A stretch of DNA of 64,000 bases from Candidatus Eiseniibacteriota bacterium (GTDB lineage: Bacteria > Eisenbacteria > RBG-16-71-46), in NCBI GenBank assembly GCA_963717505.1, contig OY970342.1, positions 4,032,001-4,096,000 of the forward strand, written 5' to 3'. Within the stretch, counting starts at the first letter, position 1; every line of letters starts with the position of its first letter. Below the pieces are notes generated by a model. That model saw nothing but the letters and a program-made list of their open reading frames with translations, was not told where the DNA came from and made no database searches. The position numbers and the translations under genes were made by a program. Positions 45,385 to 54,621 of this stretch are shown here, one piece after another.

Positions 45385-45446
45385 AACACATCGAGTTCCC
45401 GAGCGAGCTCTGGACCAGGAACAGAACTTCCTAGGCGTCGTCGGGC

Positions 45447-46166
45447 TCAGTACACAATGTCTACGCCGAAGCGGACTCCCACGCCCTCGGCATCCACGGT
45501 CTCGCGCCAGGCGGCGCCCGTCTGGTCGGTCACATCCCGCGCCAGCAAAGCACCGTTGTAGAAGAGCTCGCCGTCCACACGCAGTCCCTTCGAGAGCTTC
45601 ATGCCCAAACCGGCATAGCTCTGCCATGCCCAGTTGGCATAGGTGGCGGTCCAACTCTCGGCGGTGCGGTAGTCGTTCGCCTGAAGGATGAGCCACTCGT
45701 AGCCGGCCCCGACACCGCCATACGGCACCACCGGGAACTTGTCCGTGAGCTTGACTTGCAGGAACACCATCGCGGGAACCAGGTGCGCGTCGACCTTGGC
45801 GAGCAGGATCTCGGGCTCGAAGCCCGGCAGAGCGCTGTCGACCGGCTGCAGCACCTTCTTCGACTTGTAGGACCAATCGCCCAGCACACCCAGCAACATG
45901 TGGCTGCCCAGGTTGATGCCGATGCGTGCCCCAAGGGTCGCGCTCGTCGCATCCGCATCGATGGGGGCGAACACGCCACCATGGAGGTGGAGCGTGCCCG
46001 TCTGTTCGCGTGCGGTCCAGACTTCGGCGTAGGTGACGTTCGGGTCGTTCGGGGGCGGTTGCGCGGATCCATCGGTCGCAAGCAAGGACAAACCGAGGAC
46101 CGCCAGAAGCCAGGTGGCGAAGGCACGGCGAGACGCGGCGCAGGAAGCTGGCCGACAAAAGAACAT
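45447..46166 (-). CDS. Putative outer-membrane beta-barrel protein (OmpA/OmpW-like)
   Basis: Signal peptide; VPYGGVGAGY; WQSYAGLGMKL; ends GVRFGVDIVY. Confidence 0.7.
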   Translation of the reverse strand: MFFCRPASCAASRRAFATWLLAVLGLSLLATDGSAQPPPNDPNVTYAEVWTAREQTGTLHLHGGVFAPIDADATSATLGARIGINLGSHMLLGVLGDWSYKSKKVLQPVDSALPGFEPEILLAKVDAHLVPAMVFLQVKLTDKFPVVPYGGVGAGYEWLILQANDYRTAESWTATYANWAWQSYAGLGMKLSKGLRVDGELFYNGALLARDVTDQTGAAWRETVDAEGVGVRFGVDIVY

Positions 46167-46679
46167 TCATTTCTCCTTAAGAGGGATCATGGGCAAGGTC
46201 GAGGGCCGAAACCAATCGCCGAGTCCCCGCCACCGGGTGCGTTTGATTCAACCTCCCCCGGGGAGGTCCACGCTGGGCGTACCTACGAACAAACGGGTAT
46301 CAGTCTAGGGTCTTTCTGACCGCCGCGACAATCGGATGTCAGGAAGATAACAAGAGTCACGCCTGGACGTTGCAGAGGCGCACGACCCACCGTGCAGGAT
46401 GCGGCTACAGGCCCCTCCGCCTACCGGTCTGGTGCACGATTGTCGTCGTGCGCACCGAGCATGGTTGCCCCATCTCTCCACTGAAATCTGCGGGCACTGG
46501 ATTCCGCGTGCATATCTCCACCCGGGGCCCGGATTGTGCATGGCCGCGCCTTCGCTGCGGCCCGCCGCACGCGGCAATGCAGCTCCGCTCCGGTACACGG
46601 GAGGTAGTCCTCTGTGCCGGAATGCACGTTTCCCTCGATCGTCCCCGTCAGGGGACTCGCCCCATCGCGGAGACCATTC

Positions 46680-47255
46680 ATGAAACTTCGCCGCCATATC
46701 TTCGTTTCCCCGAGGTTGGTCAGCCTGCTTCTCAGCACGGTCTCGATCTTCTGGGCTTGGTACGTGTTCGCCTATGGAAATGGAAGGACCGGCGATTCGA
46801 CCGCATCGACCGGCTGCAGCTGCCACGATTCGACGCCCAACGCCCACGGCGTGATGTCGGTATCGATCACCGGGCCACAGGTCGTCCAAGTCGGATCGAT
46901 CAGTGACTACACGATCTCGGTCACAGGCGACCCGGCCGGGACCACCGGTGGGTTCGGTCTGACCTCGAGCGGTGGCACGTTCACGGCGGGAACCGGCGAC
47001 AAGGTCTCGAACGGTGAACTCGTTCACTCGGACAAGACGCGGCGGAGCTGGAGCTTCAAGTGGACAGCCCCGACCACTCCTGGGACGTATAACTTCTATG
47101 CCGTCGGGATGACCAGCAACGGATCCAGTGACAACAACGACTCATGGAACTGGTACGGCAATGCCCCCTCGACGGCGTTCCCGGTCAAGGTCGAATCACA
47201 AACGCCGACAGTTCACACTTCGTGGGGACAGGTCAAAGCACGCTTTCGCAAGTAG
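46680..47255 (+). CDS. Secreted Reeler-like (choice-of-anchor V type) protein with C-terminal SWG..K tail
   Basis: Signal/TM segment; GCSCH; GGFGL; WSFKWTAP...YNFYAVG..SNG; ends TPTVHTSWGQVKARFRK. Confidence 0.7.
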   Translation: MKLRRHIFVSPRLVSLLLSTVSIFWAWYVFAYGNGRTGDSTASTGCSCHDSTPNAHGVMSVSITGPQVVQVGSISDYTISVTGDPAGTTGGFGLTSSGGTFTAGTGDKVSNGELVHSDKTRRSWSFKWTAPTTPGTYNFYAVGMTSNGSSDNNDSWNWYGNAPSTAFPVKVESQTPTVHTSWGQVKARFRK

Positions 47256-47305
47256 GGGCGCCCCCCGGCTGCTTATGAAGTGTTCGGAGCCTGACCGATT
47301 CCCGG

Positions 47306-48643
47306 TCAGGCTCTGGGGTCACGTGTCGCGGGCCCCGGGCCCAACCTGACGCGAAAACCCGCGCGGCCGGGCGCGACCGTCTCGAGGCTGTAGTCGAATC
47401 CGTGGGCGATCAGGATTTCCTGGACCAACGTCAGCCCGATGCCCTGGCCGTTCGGCTTCGACGTGAAGAACGACGTGAACAGTCTGGGTGCCACCTCGGG
47501 CGGGATGCCGCCCCCGCTGTCCTCGATCAGCAGGACCGGAACGCCGTGCTCCTTTGCGAGGGACGCGACGATCTCGCCCTCCTCGCCGATGGCGTCGATG
47601 GCGTTGCGGGCGATGTTGACCAGGGCCTGCTCCATCTGACCCCGATCCAGACTGACCGGGCTCACGCCGTCCTCGAGTCGCCATCGCCATGCGATCCGAC
47701 GGCGATGGCACTCGGGCTCGAGCAGGCGCGCGACGTCTCGCAGCAGCGCCTCGACGTCGCACGGCTTGAGATCGGGGGCCGGCAGCCGCACCACGTCGGC
47801 GAAACTCTTCATGAACTCGTTCATGTGACGGGTTCGCGCCACGGCCACCCCGATGCCGCTCTCGAAGTCGCCGCGGTCGCCGGCGCCGATCTGCGCCCCG
47901 TAGGCGAGACAGCTCTCGAGCAGTGAGATCACGGCGCCACTGGTGTTGTTGACCTCGTGCGACATGGTGCGGATCAGCTTTTCGTAGGCGGCTTTCTCGC
48001 TGGCATGCAGCTCCTTGGTCAGCTCCTCGAGCATCAGGCAGGTGCGTGCGAAACCGCGATCCATGAACGACAGCCGCCGGCAGCGCACTTTGCGACGCCC
48101 GCGAATGGTCACCAGTCGCGCCTCGCCCTCGCCGAGACCGTCGAGCTCGCGGGCCAGGGCGCCACCGAGCCACTCTAGCGCTTGCCCCCGGGCCGCCTCC
48201 TCCGAGACCCCGAGAATTTCGCACGCGCCCGGATTCATCGACTGGATCCAGCCGTCGTAGTCGAGCTGGACGACCCCGGAGGGCGACAGCGCGATGATCC
48301 GCCGGAGCAGCGAATCCTGCTCCTGATTCGCGGCCCGCTCGTCGCGCAGGTGGTCGACCATGCGATTGTAGAGACGGATGAGCCGGTTGACCTCCGGCTC
48401 GTGGGTCTCGCGGAAGCGCGTCATCAGGTCGCCGGAGGCGAGCAGCTCGATGCCGGTGCGCAGCATGTCCGCCGGTTCGCTGAGTCGCCGCGTCAGCCAC
48501 CAGGCGAACCCAAAGGAGGCGGCGAAGAACAGTTCGACCAGCAGCAGCCACAGCCGTTGTTCGCGCAGGAGTGCCCACGCCACGACGACGAAGACCAGAT
48601 GGACGAGCGCGAGGTAGAGGAGAAACCTCGCTTTCAGGCTCAC
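47306..48643 (-). CDS. Membrane sensor histidine kinase (HAMP/PAS)
   Basis: Two TM helices; MSHEVNN H-box; NIARNAIDA; EDSGGGI; FFTSKPNGQGIGL. Confidence 0.93.
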   Translation of the reverse strand: MSLKARFLLYLALVHLVFVVVAWALLREQRLWLLLVELFFAASFGFAWWLTRRLSEPADMLRTGIELLASGDLMTRFRETHEPEVNRLIRLYNRMVDHLRDERAANQEQDSLLRRIIALSPSGVVQLDYDGWIQSMNPGACEILGVSEEAARGQALEWLGGALARELDGLGEGEARLVTIRGRRKVRCRRLSFMDRGFARTCLMLEELTKELHASEKAAYEKLIRTMSHEVNNTSGAVISLLESCLAYGAQIGAGDRGDFESGIGVAVARTRHMNEFMKSFADVVRLPAPDLKPCDVEALLRDVARLLEPECHRRRIAWRWRLEDGVSPVSLDRGQMEQALVNIARNAIDAIGEEGEIVASLAKEHGVPVLLIEDSGGGIPPEVAPRLFTSFFTSKPNGQGIGLTLVQEILIAHGFDYSLETVAPGRAGFRVRLGPGPATRDPRA

Positions 48644-50004
48644 GCTTCGATTCCGTACTTCTCGAGTCGCCGGTACAGAGCGGGGCGGCTCATGCCCAGC
48701 GATTCCGCGGTCCGGCTCAGGTTGCCGTCGTGGTGCTTGAGCGCCTTGAGGATCATGGCGCGTTCGATCTCGGGCAGGGTCATGCTGCCCACGCTCGGCA
48801 GCGGGTCGTCCCTCCCGGGCCCCAGGTCCATCGCGAGCGTGCGGCGGAGATCGTCGACGCTGATGCGGCCCGATGTGCCGGTGAGCAGGGCGCGCTCGAC
48901 CACGTGCTCGAGCTGGCGGATGTTGCCGGGCCACGGTTGCTCCTGGAGCCACTCCAGCGCCTGGGACTCGATCGCCGCGTCGCGCCGTCCATGGGTCGCC
49001 GCCGCCCGCTGGAGGAAATGCGCCGCCAGCAGCGGCACGTCAGTCGCGCGCTCGGCGAGGGTCGGCATGCGCACTCGGATCAAGTTGATGCGGTAGTACA
49101 GGTCCTCGCGGAACGCGCCGTCCCGGATGGCTTGTTCCAGGTCGATGTTGGTCGCCGAGATCACGCGCACGTCGAGCGGCTGTGGGCGGTTCGCGCCCAC
49201 CAGTTCGTAGCTGCGGTCCTGGAGCACGCGCAGCAGTTTGATCTGGCAGGCCGGATCGAGGTCGCCGATCTCGTCGAGCAGGATGGTGCCGTTCTGCGCG
49301 GCCGCGAACCGGCCGGTGCGATCCGCGAGCGCGTCGGTGAACGCGCCGCGCACGTGTCCGAACAGCTCGCTGTCGAACAGACCGACCGGAAGGGCGGCGA
49401 GGTTGACCCGGATGAACGGTTTGTGGCGTCGCGGGCTGTTGCGATGCACCGCCGCCGCGAGCACCTCCTTGCCGGTGCCGGTATCGCCCGAGATCAGGAT
49501 CGATGCGTCGGTGGGCGCCACGCGCATCAGCAGCTCGAGGACTTCGACGAACCGCGGATGGCGGCCGATGACCCCGTCGAGGTCGTACTTCGCGTCGAGC
49601 GCTGCGCGTTCCGTGGGCGCATCCGGGCCGCGAGTCGCCGCGAGCCCGAGGGCGGTCCGCACCGCTTGGTGGACCTGCTCGTTGCTCCACGGTTTGGTGA
49701 TGAAGTCGGCTGCCCCCGCCTTCATGCCATCGACCGCGAGCTGAATCGAGCCCCAGGCGGTAATGAGGATCACCGGCAGGCCGGGCCGCGTCGCACGGAT
49801 GCGGCGCATCAACTCCAGGCCCTCGGCGCCGGTGGTCTCGCGCGAGAAGTTCATGTCCTGCAGCACGAGATCGACGTCGGGGCGAGCCACTTCGGCCAAC
49901 GCCGACTCCGGCGTGGTCGCGGCCACCGAGGCGAATCCCTTCTGCTTGAGCAGCAAACCGAGCGACGCCGTCACCGAATAGTCGTCGTCGACAATCAGGA
50001 TCAT
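48640..50004 (-). CDS. NtrC-family sigma54-dependent response regulator
   Basis: REC domain (VDDD, LQDMNF); GDTGTGKE; ELFGHVRGAFTDA; LLDEIG; FREDLYYR; WPGNIRQL; Fis-type HTH. Confidence 0.95.
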   Translation of the reverse strand: MILIVDDDYSVTASLGLLLKQKGFASVAATTPESALAEVARPDVDLVLQDMNFSRETTGAEGLELMRRIRATRPGLPVILITAWGSIQLAVDGMKAGAADFITKPWSNEQVHQAVRTALGLAATRGPDAPTERAALDAKYDLDGVIGRHPRFVEVLELLMRVAPTDASILISGDTGTGKEVLAAAVHRNSPRRHKPFIRVNLAALPVGLFDSELFGHVRGAFTDALADRTGRFAAAQNGTILLDEIGDLDPACQIKLLRVLQDRSYELVGANRPQPLDVRVISATNIDLEQAIRDGAFREDLYYRINLIRVRMPTLAERATDVPLLAAHFLQRAAATHGRRDAAIESQALEWLQEQPWPGNIRQLEHVVERALLTGTSGRISVDDLRRTLAMDLGPGRDDPLPSVGSMTLPEIERAMILKALKHHDGNLSRTAESLGMSRPALYRRLEKYGIEA

Positions 50005-50007
50005 CCG

Positions 50008-51243
50008 TTACTCGTATTGGAGCGCCCGCGAGGGTTCCACCTGGGTGGCCAACCAGCCGGGATAGAGTCCGCACAGGATCACGAACGGAACGATGACCAG
50101 GCTCGAAGCCACGATGGCCGAGACGAATACGCCGACCCCGACGAACGAGAGCGCGCCGAGCAACGGCAGCTGCAGGAACAGCACCGTACCCACGAACAGG
50201 GCGATCGCGGTGAGCACGACGATCTCCCCGATGATCTGGTTGCGCACCCCGCCCGCGGTAGCACCGAGCGCGCGTCGCAGACCCAGCTCCTGGGTCCGGC
50301 GGGTCACATTCTGCCAGAGGACGCCCATGAGGCCCATCCCGACCATGAGGACCAGGAACCCGGCCAGCATGCCCCCGAACAGCAGCGGCAGGAGCCGACC
50401 GCGAATGTAGCGTTGCCGCTCGAGCTCCACCGACTGCAGGGCGAACGTCCAATCGGGGGCCTCGGCATGCAGCGTTTTCATCAGCGTCTCTTCGAACGCA
50501 GCCGGCGTGCCGGGATGGACGCGGATCGCGTAGCTCCACGGCGCCCACCCGCGCTCGGGATCCGTCAGTGTCTGCGGCCGGAACGCAGCGTAGGGCATGT
50601 CCGTGAACTCCCCCGCCTTGCGGTAGTCGCGGATCACCCCCACCACCCGGCGCACCTGCCAGCCCTCGTCGGGCGTCTCGAGCTTGCCGTCGTCGGTGTA
50701 GCCGTCGATCGTGCGGCCGATCGGGTTCTCACGCCCGAACAGACGCCGCGCGAGATCCTGGGTGATGACGTGCGGAATGAACGCCGCCGCGTCGTCACCG
50801 GGCTCGAGCCAGCGGCCCGCCACCAGCTCGAACTTGAGCACGTCGAGCGACGCAGGCGTGGTGGGACTGGAGAGGAACTGCACCAAACCGCCGTCGGCCA
50901 GGCGGATGCCGGTGCGGCTCATGCTCCCCGAGTAAGGCGTATTGGGCATCGGCGCCACCGACTCGATCTGAGGATGGTCGCTCAAGGTCGCGAGGAGGCG
51001 TTGCGAGGCGGCCAGGGCGCGCGCATTGGCCTCTTTGTCATCGAGCGTGGCCTGAGGAATGTCGACCTCGAGCGTCCACACATTGCGGTAATCGAATCCC
51101 AATGGGCGGCGCCAGTTGGCCGCGTAGTACGCGCAGACGCTGAAGACGGCGCACAGGACCAGGAAGCTGACCAGGATCTCCACCAGGATCAGGCCGTTCG
51201 CGCGCCGCCGGTTCCACACCAGCTTGAGGTAGTGCGTGATCAT
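50008..51243 (-). CDS. MacB/FtsX-like ABC permease
   Basis: MITHYLKLVWNRRR; LGFDY; RRTQELGLRRALGA; ends PSRALQYE. Confidence 0.92.
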   Translation of the reverse strand: MITHYLKLVWNRRRANGLILVEILVSFLVLCAVFSVCAYYAANWRRPLGFDYRNVWTLEVDIPQATLDDKEANARALAASQRLLATLSDHPQIESVAPMPNTPYSGSMSRTGIRLADGGLVQFLSSPTTPASLDVLKFELVAGRWLEPGDDAAAFIPHVITQDLARRLFGRENPIGRTIDGYTDDGKLETPDEGWQVRRVVGVIRDYRKAGEFTDMPYAAFRPQTLTDPERGWAPWSYAIRVHPGTPAAFEETLMKTLHAEAPDWTFALQSVELERQRYIRGRLLPLLFGGMLAGFLVLMVGMGLMGVLWQNVTRRTQELGLRRALGATAGGVRNQIIGEIVVLTAIALFVGTVLFLQLPLLGALSFVGVGVFVSAIVASSLVIVPFVILCGLYPGWLATQVEPSRALQYE

Positions 51244-52481
51244 CGGTGACCTCCTCTCAGGGCCTCGACCGGATCGAGCCGGGCCATGCGCCACGCCGGA
51301 TACGCGCCCGAAAGCACGCCGAAGAACACCGCCAACCCCAGACCGTAGAGGAAGACCCGGTGGTTCAAGTGAAAGTCCGCGTTCGGGATCAACCCGCTGC
51401 CGTTGATCAGCTGCAGCGCCCACAGCGACAGCACGAAACCGATCGCGCCACCGATCACCGCCAGAACGACGTTCTCGACGATGAACTGACCGACCAGGTG
51501 GCCGGTCGAGGCGCCGAAGGCTTTGCGCACGCCGATTTCGGGAACGCGCTCGAAGATGCGACTGATGTTCATGTTCACCAGGTTGATCGCCGGCAGGAGC
51601 ATGAACAGCAGGGTCAGCAGGGCGAGGACGGCGATGAACAGGCTGGTCCGGGGCATGTCGTTGGTGGTGCCCACGGCTTCGGCGGCCACGTCTTCGAGCC
51701 GCGTGCGCGGAGATCCCGACATCCGGTCGTAGCGATCGGGTTCGGTCATCTCGACGTGAGGCAGGCGTGAGGCGAACTCCGCGCGGATCGCGCCGAAGTT
51801 TCGCGGCGAATCGGCGAGCAACATGGCATTGAAGTCCCCCATCAGTCGCGTCTTCCAGACGTCGGTCGGCAGGGTCGTCACCGGCACCCAGATGTCGGCG
51901 TACGCGCAGTCCCGGTCGCGCGGGACATTGCGCACCACGCCGATCACCGTGAAGGTCTGGCCGTGTGCCTCGAAGCTTTGGCCCAAGGCAGGACGATCGC
52001 CGAACAGGTTGCACGCGGCGGACTCGCTGAGCACGGCCACCCGACTGCCGTCGGCGACTTCGGCCTCGCCGAAGCCGTGGCCGGCCACGAACGCAAAGTC
52101 GAGGATGGTCCAGTACTCGGCGTCCGTGCGGCGCATCTGCGACACCACCTTCTCGCCGCCGACGAAGCTGAGGGCGGCATGAGCGCCGGTGAAGATCGAC
52201 ATGCGTTCGACGTGGGGGATGTCGCGACAGTAGCGGTCGAGAAAACCGTACCCCGGATCGCCGCTCCACTCGTTTTCTGCCCCGCGCATGGCCATGTAGG
52301 TCACGTGCAGGGTGCGATCGAGTCGGACCTCGGGGGCCATCGGCGAGAAGGCGTGGTCGAGCATCGCCGAGGCGATCACCAGCACCAGCAGCGTCACGCT
52401 GGTTCCGAACAGGCTCACGAAGGTGAAGAACTTCCGCCGCAGCAGAACCTTGAAGGCGAGTTTGAGGTAGTTGGTCAGCAT
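51240..52481 (-). CDS. MacB/FtsX-like ABC permease
   Basis: YLKLAFKVLLRRKFFTFVSLFG; ERVPEIGVRKAFGA; PAWRMARLDPVEALR. Confidence 0.92.
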   Translation of the reverse strand: MLTNYLKLAFKVLLRRKFFTFVSLFGTSVTLLVLVIASAMLDHAFSPMAPEVRLDRTLHVTYMAMRGAENEWSGDPGYGFLDRYCRDIPHVERMSIFTGAHAALSFVGGEKVVSQMRRTDAEYWTILDFAFVAGHGFGEAEVADGSRVAVLSESAACNLFGDRPALGQSFEAHGQTFTVIGVVRNVPRDRDCAYADIWVPVTTLPTDVWKTRLMGDFNAMLLADSPRNFGAIRAEFASRLPHVEMTEPDRYDRMSGSPRTRLEDVAAEAVGTTNDMPRTSLFIAVLALLTLLFMLLPAINLVNMNISRIFERVPEIGVRKAFGASTGHLVGQFIVENVVLAVIGGAIGFVLSLWALQLINGSGLIPNADFHLNHRVFLYGLGLAVFFGVLSGAYPAWRMARLDPVEALRGGHR

Positions 52482-52488
52482 GCGCGCC

Positions 52489-53214
52489 TCACTCGACCTG
52501 GCGGCCGTCGAACAGCCGAACGATGCGTGCCGTCCGCGAGGCGAGACGCTGATCGTGCGTCACCATGACGACGGTGGTTCCCGCGCGGTTCAAGTCCTCG
52601 AGAATGGCGATGATTTCGTCGCCCATCTGGCTGTCGAGATTTCCCGTGGGCTCGTCGGCGAGCAGGATGCTCGGGCGGCCGACGATTGCCCGGGCGATGG
52701 CGACCCGCTGCCGCTGGCCCCCCGAGAGCTGCGACGGGAAGTGCGTGGTCCGCGCCGACAGGCCGACGCGTTCCAGCGCCTCCTGCGCCATGGTGCGGCG
52801 CTGCCCGCCCGGCAGACGGCGGTACAAGAGCGGAATCTCGACGTTGTCGAGCACGTTCAGATCCTGGATCAGGTGGAACGTCTGGAACACGAAACCGATT
52901 TCGCGGTTGCGCTTGACCGCGAGCTGCCGGTCAGACAGCGCGCCGACACTCTGCCCGCCGACCTCGATCGTGCCCTTGCTCGGGCGATCGAGCAGTCCGA
53001 TGACGTTGAGCAACGTGCTCTTGCCCGAACCCGAAGGCCCCATGACGCTCAGGAACTCGCGGTCCTTGACTTCGAGGTGGATTTGATTGAGCGCCACGGT
53101 TTCGATCCGGTCGGTGCGGTGGATCTTCTCGACGCCGGTGAGACGAATGGCGGCGCGGCCGTTGGCGCGGGCGCCGGCCGCCGTCGCGCCGGCTTCCAGG
53201 GTCATGGTGCTCAT
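52489..53214 (-). CDS. ABC transporter ATP-binding protein (MacB/LolD-like)
   Basis: GPSGSGKST; GFVFQTF; LSGGQRQR; LADEPTGNLD; VTHD. Confidence 0.96.
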   Translation of the reverse strand: MSTMTLEAGATAAGARANGRAAIRLTGVEKIHRTDRIETVALNQIHLEVKDREFLSVMGPSGSGKSTLLNVIGLLDRPSKGTIEVGGQSVGALSDRQLAVKRNREIGFVFQTFHLIQDLNVLDNVEIPLLYRRLPGGQRRTMAQEALERVGLSARTTHFPSQLSGGQRQRVAIARAIVGRPSILLADEPTGNLDSQMGDEIIAILEDLNRAGTTVVMVTHDQRLASRTARIVRLFDGRQVE

Positions 53215-54455
53215 CGGATGCGAATCTCCTTCCGGTTGGCGTAGTCGCTCATGTCGGACAGTATGACCTCGTCGCCTTCTTCCAGGCCCTCGAGGATTTC
53301 GGTGCTCTCGAAGTTGGTGATGCCGAGTTTGATGTTCCGCCGCACTCCTTCGTTGCCGCGCACCCGGAACAGGGCGTGGCCGCCGTCGATCACGATGATG
53401 CTCCCGCGGCGCACGGTGAGCGTTCCTTCGCGCCGCTCGGTGATGACGTGGACGTCGACGCGAAGATTCGGCCGCAGCAGCGCGTGATCGGGCTTGCCGA
53501 GCGCGACGTCCAGCCGCACGATACCGTTCTCCACCTTGGGGTGGACTTTGGATACCGTGCCCGGCAACGAAAGATCGCCGACCTGAACTAGGACGGGTTG
53601 CCCGGCGCGGATCCGCGCGGCGTGCACGTCCGAGATCGTGGCCTCGACCTTGAACGTGGACAGGTCGGCGACCCGCGCCAGCTCGTCGCCGCGCACTACC
53701 GACACGCCTTCGCCGGAGAGCACCCAGGTCAGAACGCCGCCGCGAACGCTGGCGGCCGAGCCCTGAAGCAGGGCGCGCTGCGCGTCGCGCCGCTCGTGGA
53801 CCAGGATGTCGTGCTCGAGATCGAGGGCGCGCAGGCGGACCTCGAGCCCACGCTCGGCGTTCTTGATCGCCGCCGCGAGCTGTTCGACCTCGATTCGGCA
53901 GCGCTCGAGATCGGTGTCGCTCTTCCTCGCGGCATCGCCGCTGATCACTCCGGCCGCGGCCAGCTTGCGGTTCCGTTCGGCTTCGAACGTCAGCGATTCC
54001 AGCTCGAGCTTCTTGATCGCCGCCTGTCCGTTCAGCTCGTTCAAGCGATTCTCGAGATCGACGCGGGCCTGGGCGCGCTCGTTGTCCTTGAGCGCCACCT
54101 GGCGCTCGAGCCGCTCCACCAGCAGGCGGGCCTCGCCTTGATCGAGACTCAGGATCGGTTCTCCGGCAGCAACCGTGTCTCCGGGCTGGTGCAGCGTCTG
54201 GAGCACGCGCGACGGCCCCGGACTCGTGACCACGAACTCGTGCTCGGGCAGGACCAGCCCCGACGCCGTGAGGGTGGCGTCGATCGCGCCGCGCTCGACG
54301 ATGGCGGTGCGGAGTTGGGAACGAGGGAGGGACAGCGTCACCCAGCCCGGGAGAATGAAGGCGAGGGCGAGCAGGGCCACGGCTCCCGCGATCCAGCCGA
54401 AGAGACGACGACGAGCCTTCTGCAGGAGTTCACGAACGGGGATCGGGCGGTCCAT
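53211..54455 (-). CDS. Periplasmic adaptor / membrane fusion protein (MacA/HlyD-like)
   Basis: N-terminal TM; lipoyl halves (PGDTVAAGEPI; GVSVVRGDEL); long coiled coil; LEGLEEGDEVI. Confidence 0.9.
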   Translation of the reverse strand: MDRPIPVRELLQKARRRLFGWIAGAVALLALAFILPGWVTLSLPRSQLRTAIVERGAIDATLTASGLVLPEHEFVVTSPGPSRVLQTLHQPGDTVAAGEPILSLDQGEARLLVERLERQVALKDNERAQARVDLENRLNELNGQAAIKKLELESLTFEAERNRKLAAAGVISGDAARKSDTDLERCRIEVEQLAAAIKNAERGLEVRLRALDLEHDILVHERRDAQRALLQGSAASVRGGVLTWVLSGEGVSVVRGDELARVADLSTFKVEATISDVHAARIRAGQPVLVQVGDLSLPGTVSKVHPKVENGIVRLDVALGKPDHALLRPNLRVDVHVITERREGTLTVRRGSIIVIDGGHALFRVRGNEGVRRNIKLGITNFESTEILEGLEEGDEVILSDMSDYANRKEIRIR

Positions 54456-54468
54456 GCGCCCGGTCAGG

Positions 54469-54483
54469 GCAAGCCGAATGCCA
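54469..54483 (-). promoter_or_regulatory. Sigma54 (-24/-12) promoter of the exporter operon
   Basis: TGGCATTCGGCTTGC has exact GG-N10-GC spacing, 14 nt upstream of the ATG, and the operon encodes a sigma54 activator. Confidence 0.75.
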
Positions 54484-54535
54484 GACGCGTGGTGTTGCGA
54501 GCGAAGGGTTTATGCCGGCCGAGGGCTCGGAGCAC

Positions 54536-54571
54536 CGTCCGATCCCGTGTGGCACTGTCCGGAAGCGGACC
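54536..54571. promoter_or_regulatory. Putative upstream activator (enhancer) sites
   Basis: Palindrome GTCCG-GAAG-CGGAC (54557-54570) about 100-115 bp upstream of the predicted TSS; a second GTCCG half-site 20 bp away (54537). Confidence 0.5.
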
Positions 54572-54621
54572 ATGGCTCGGAGCGTGAAACAGAGATGCGT
54601 GCGCCGGAGCGCGACCCCGGA

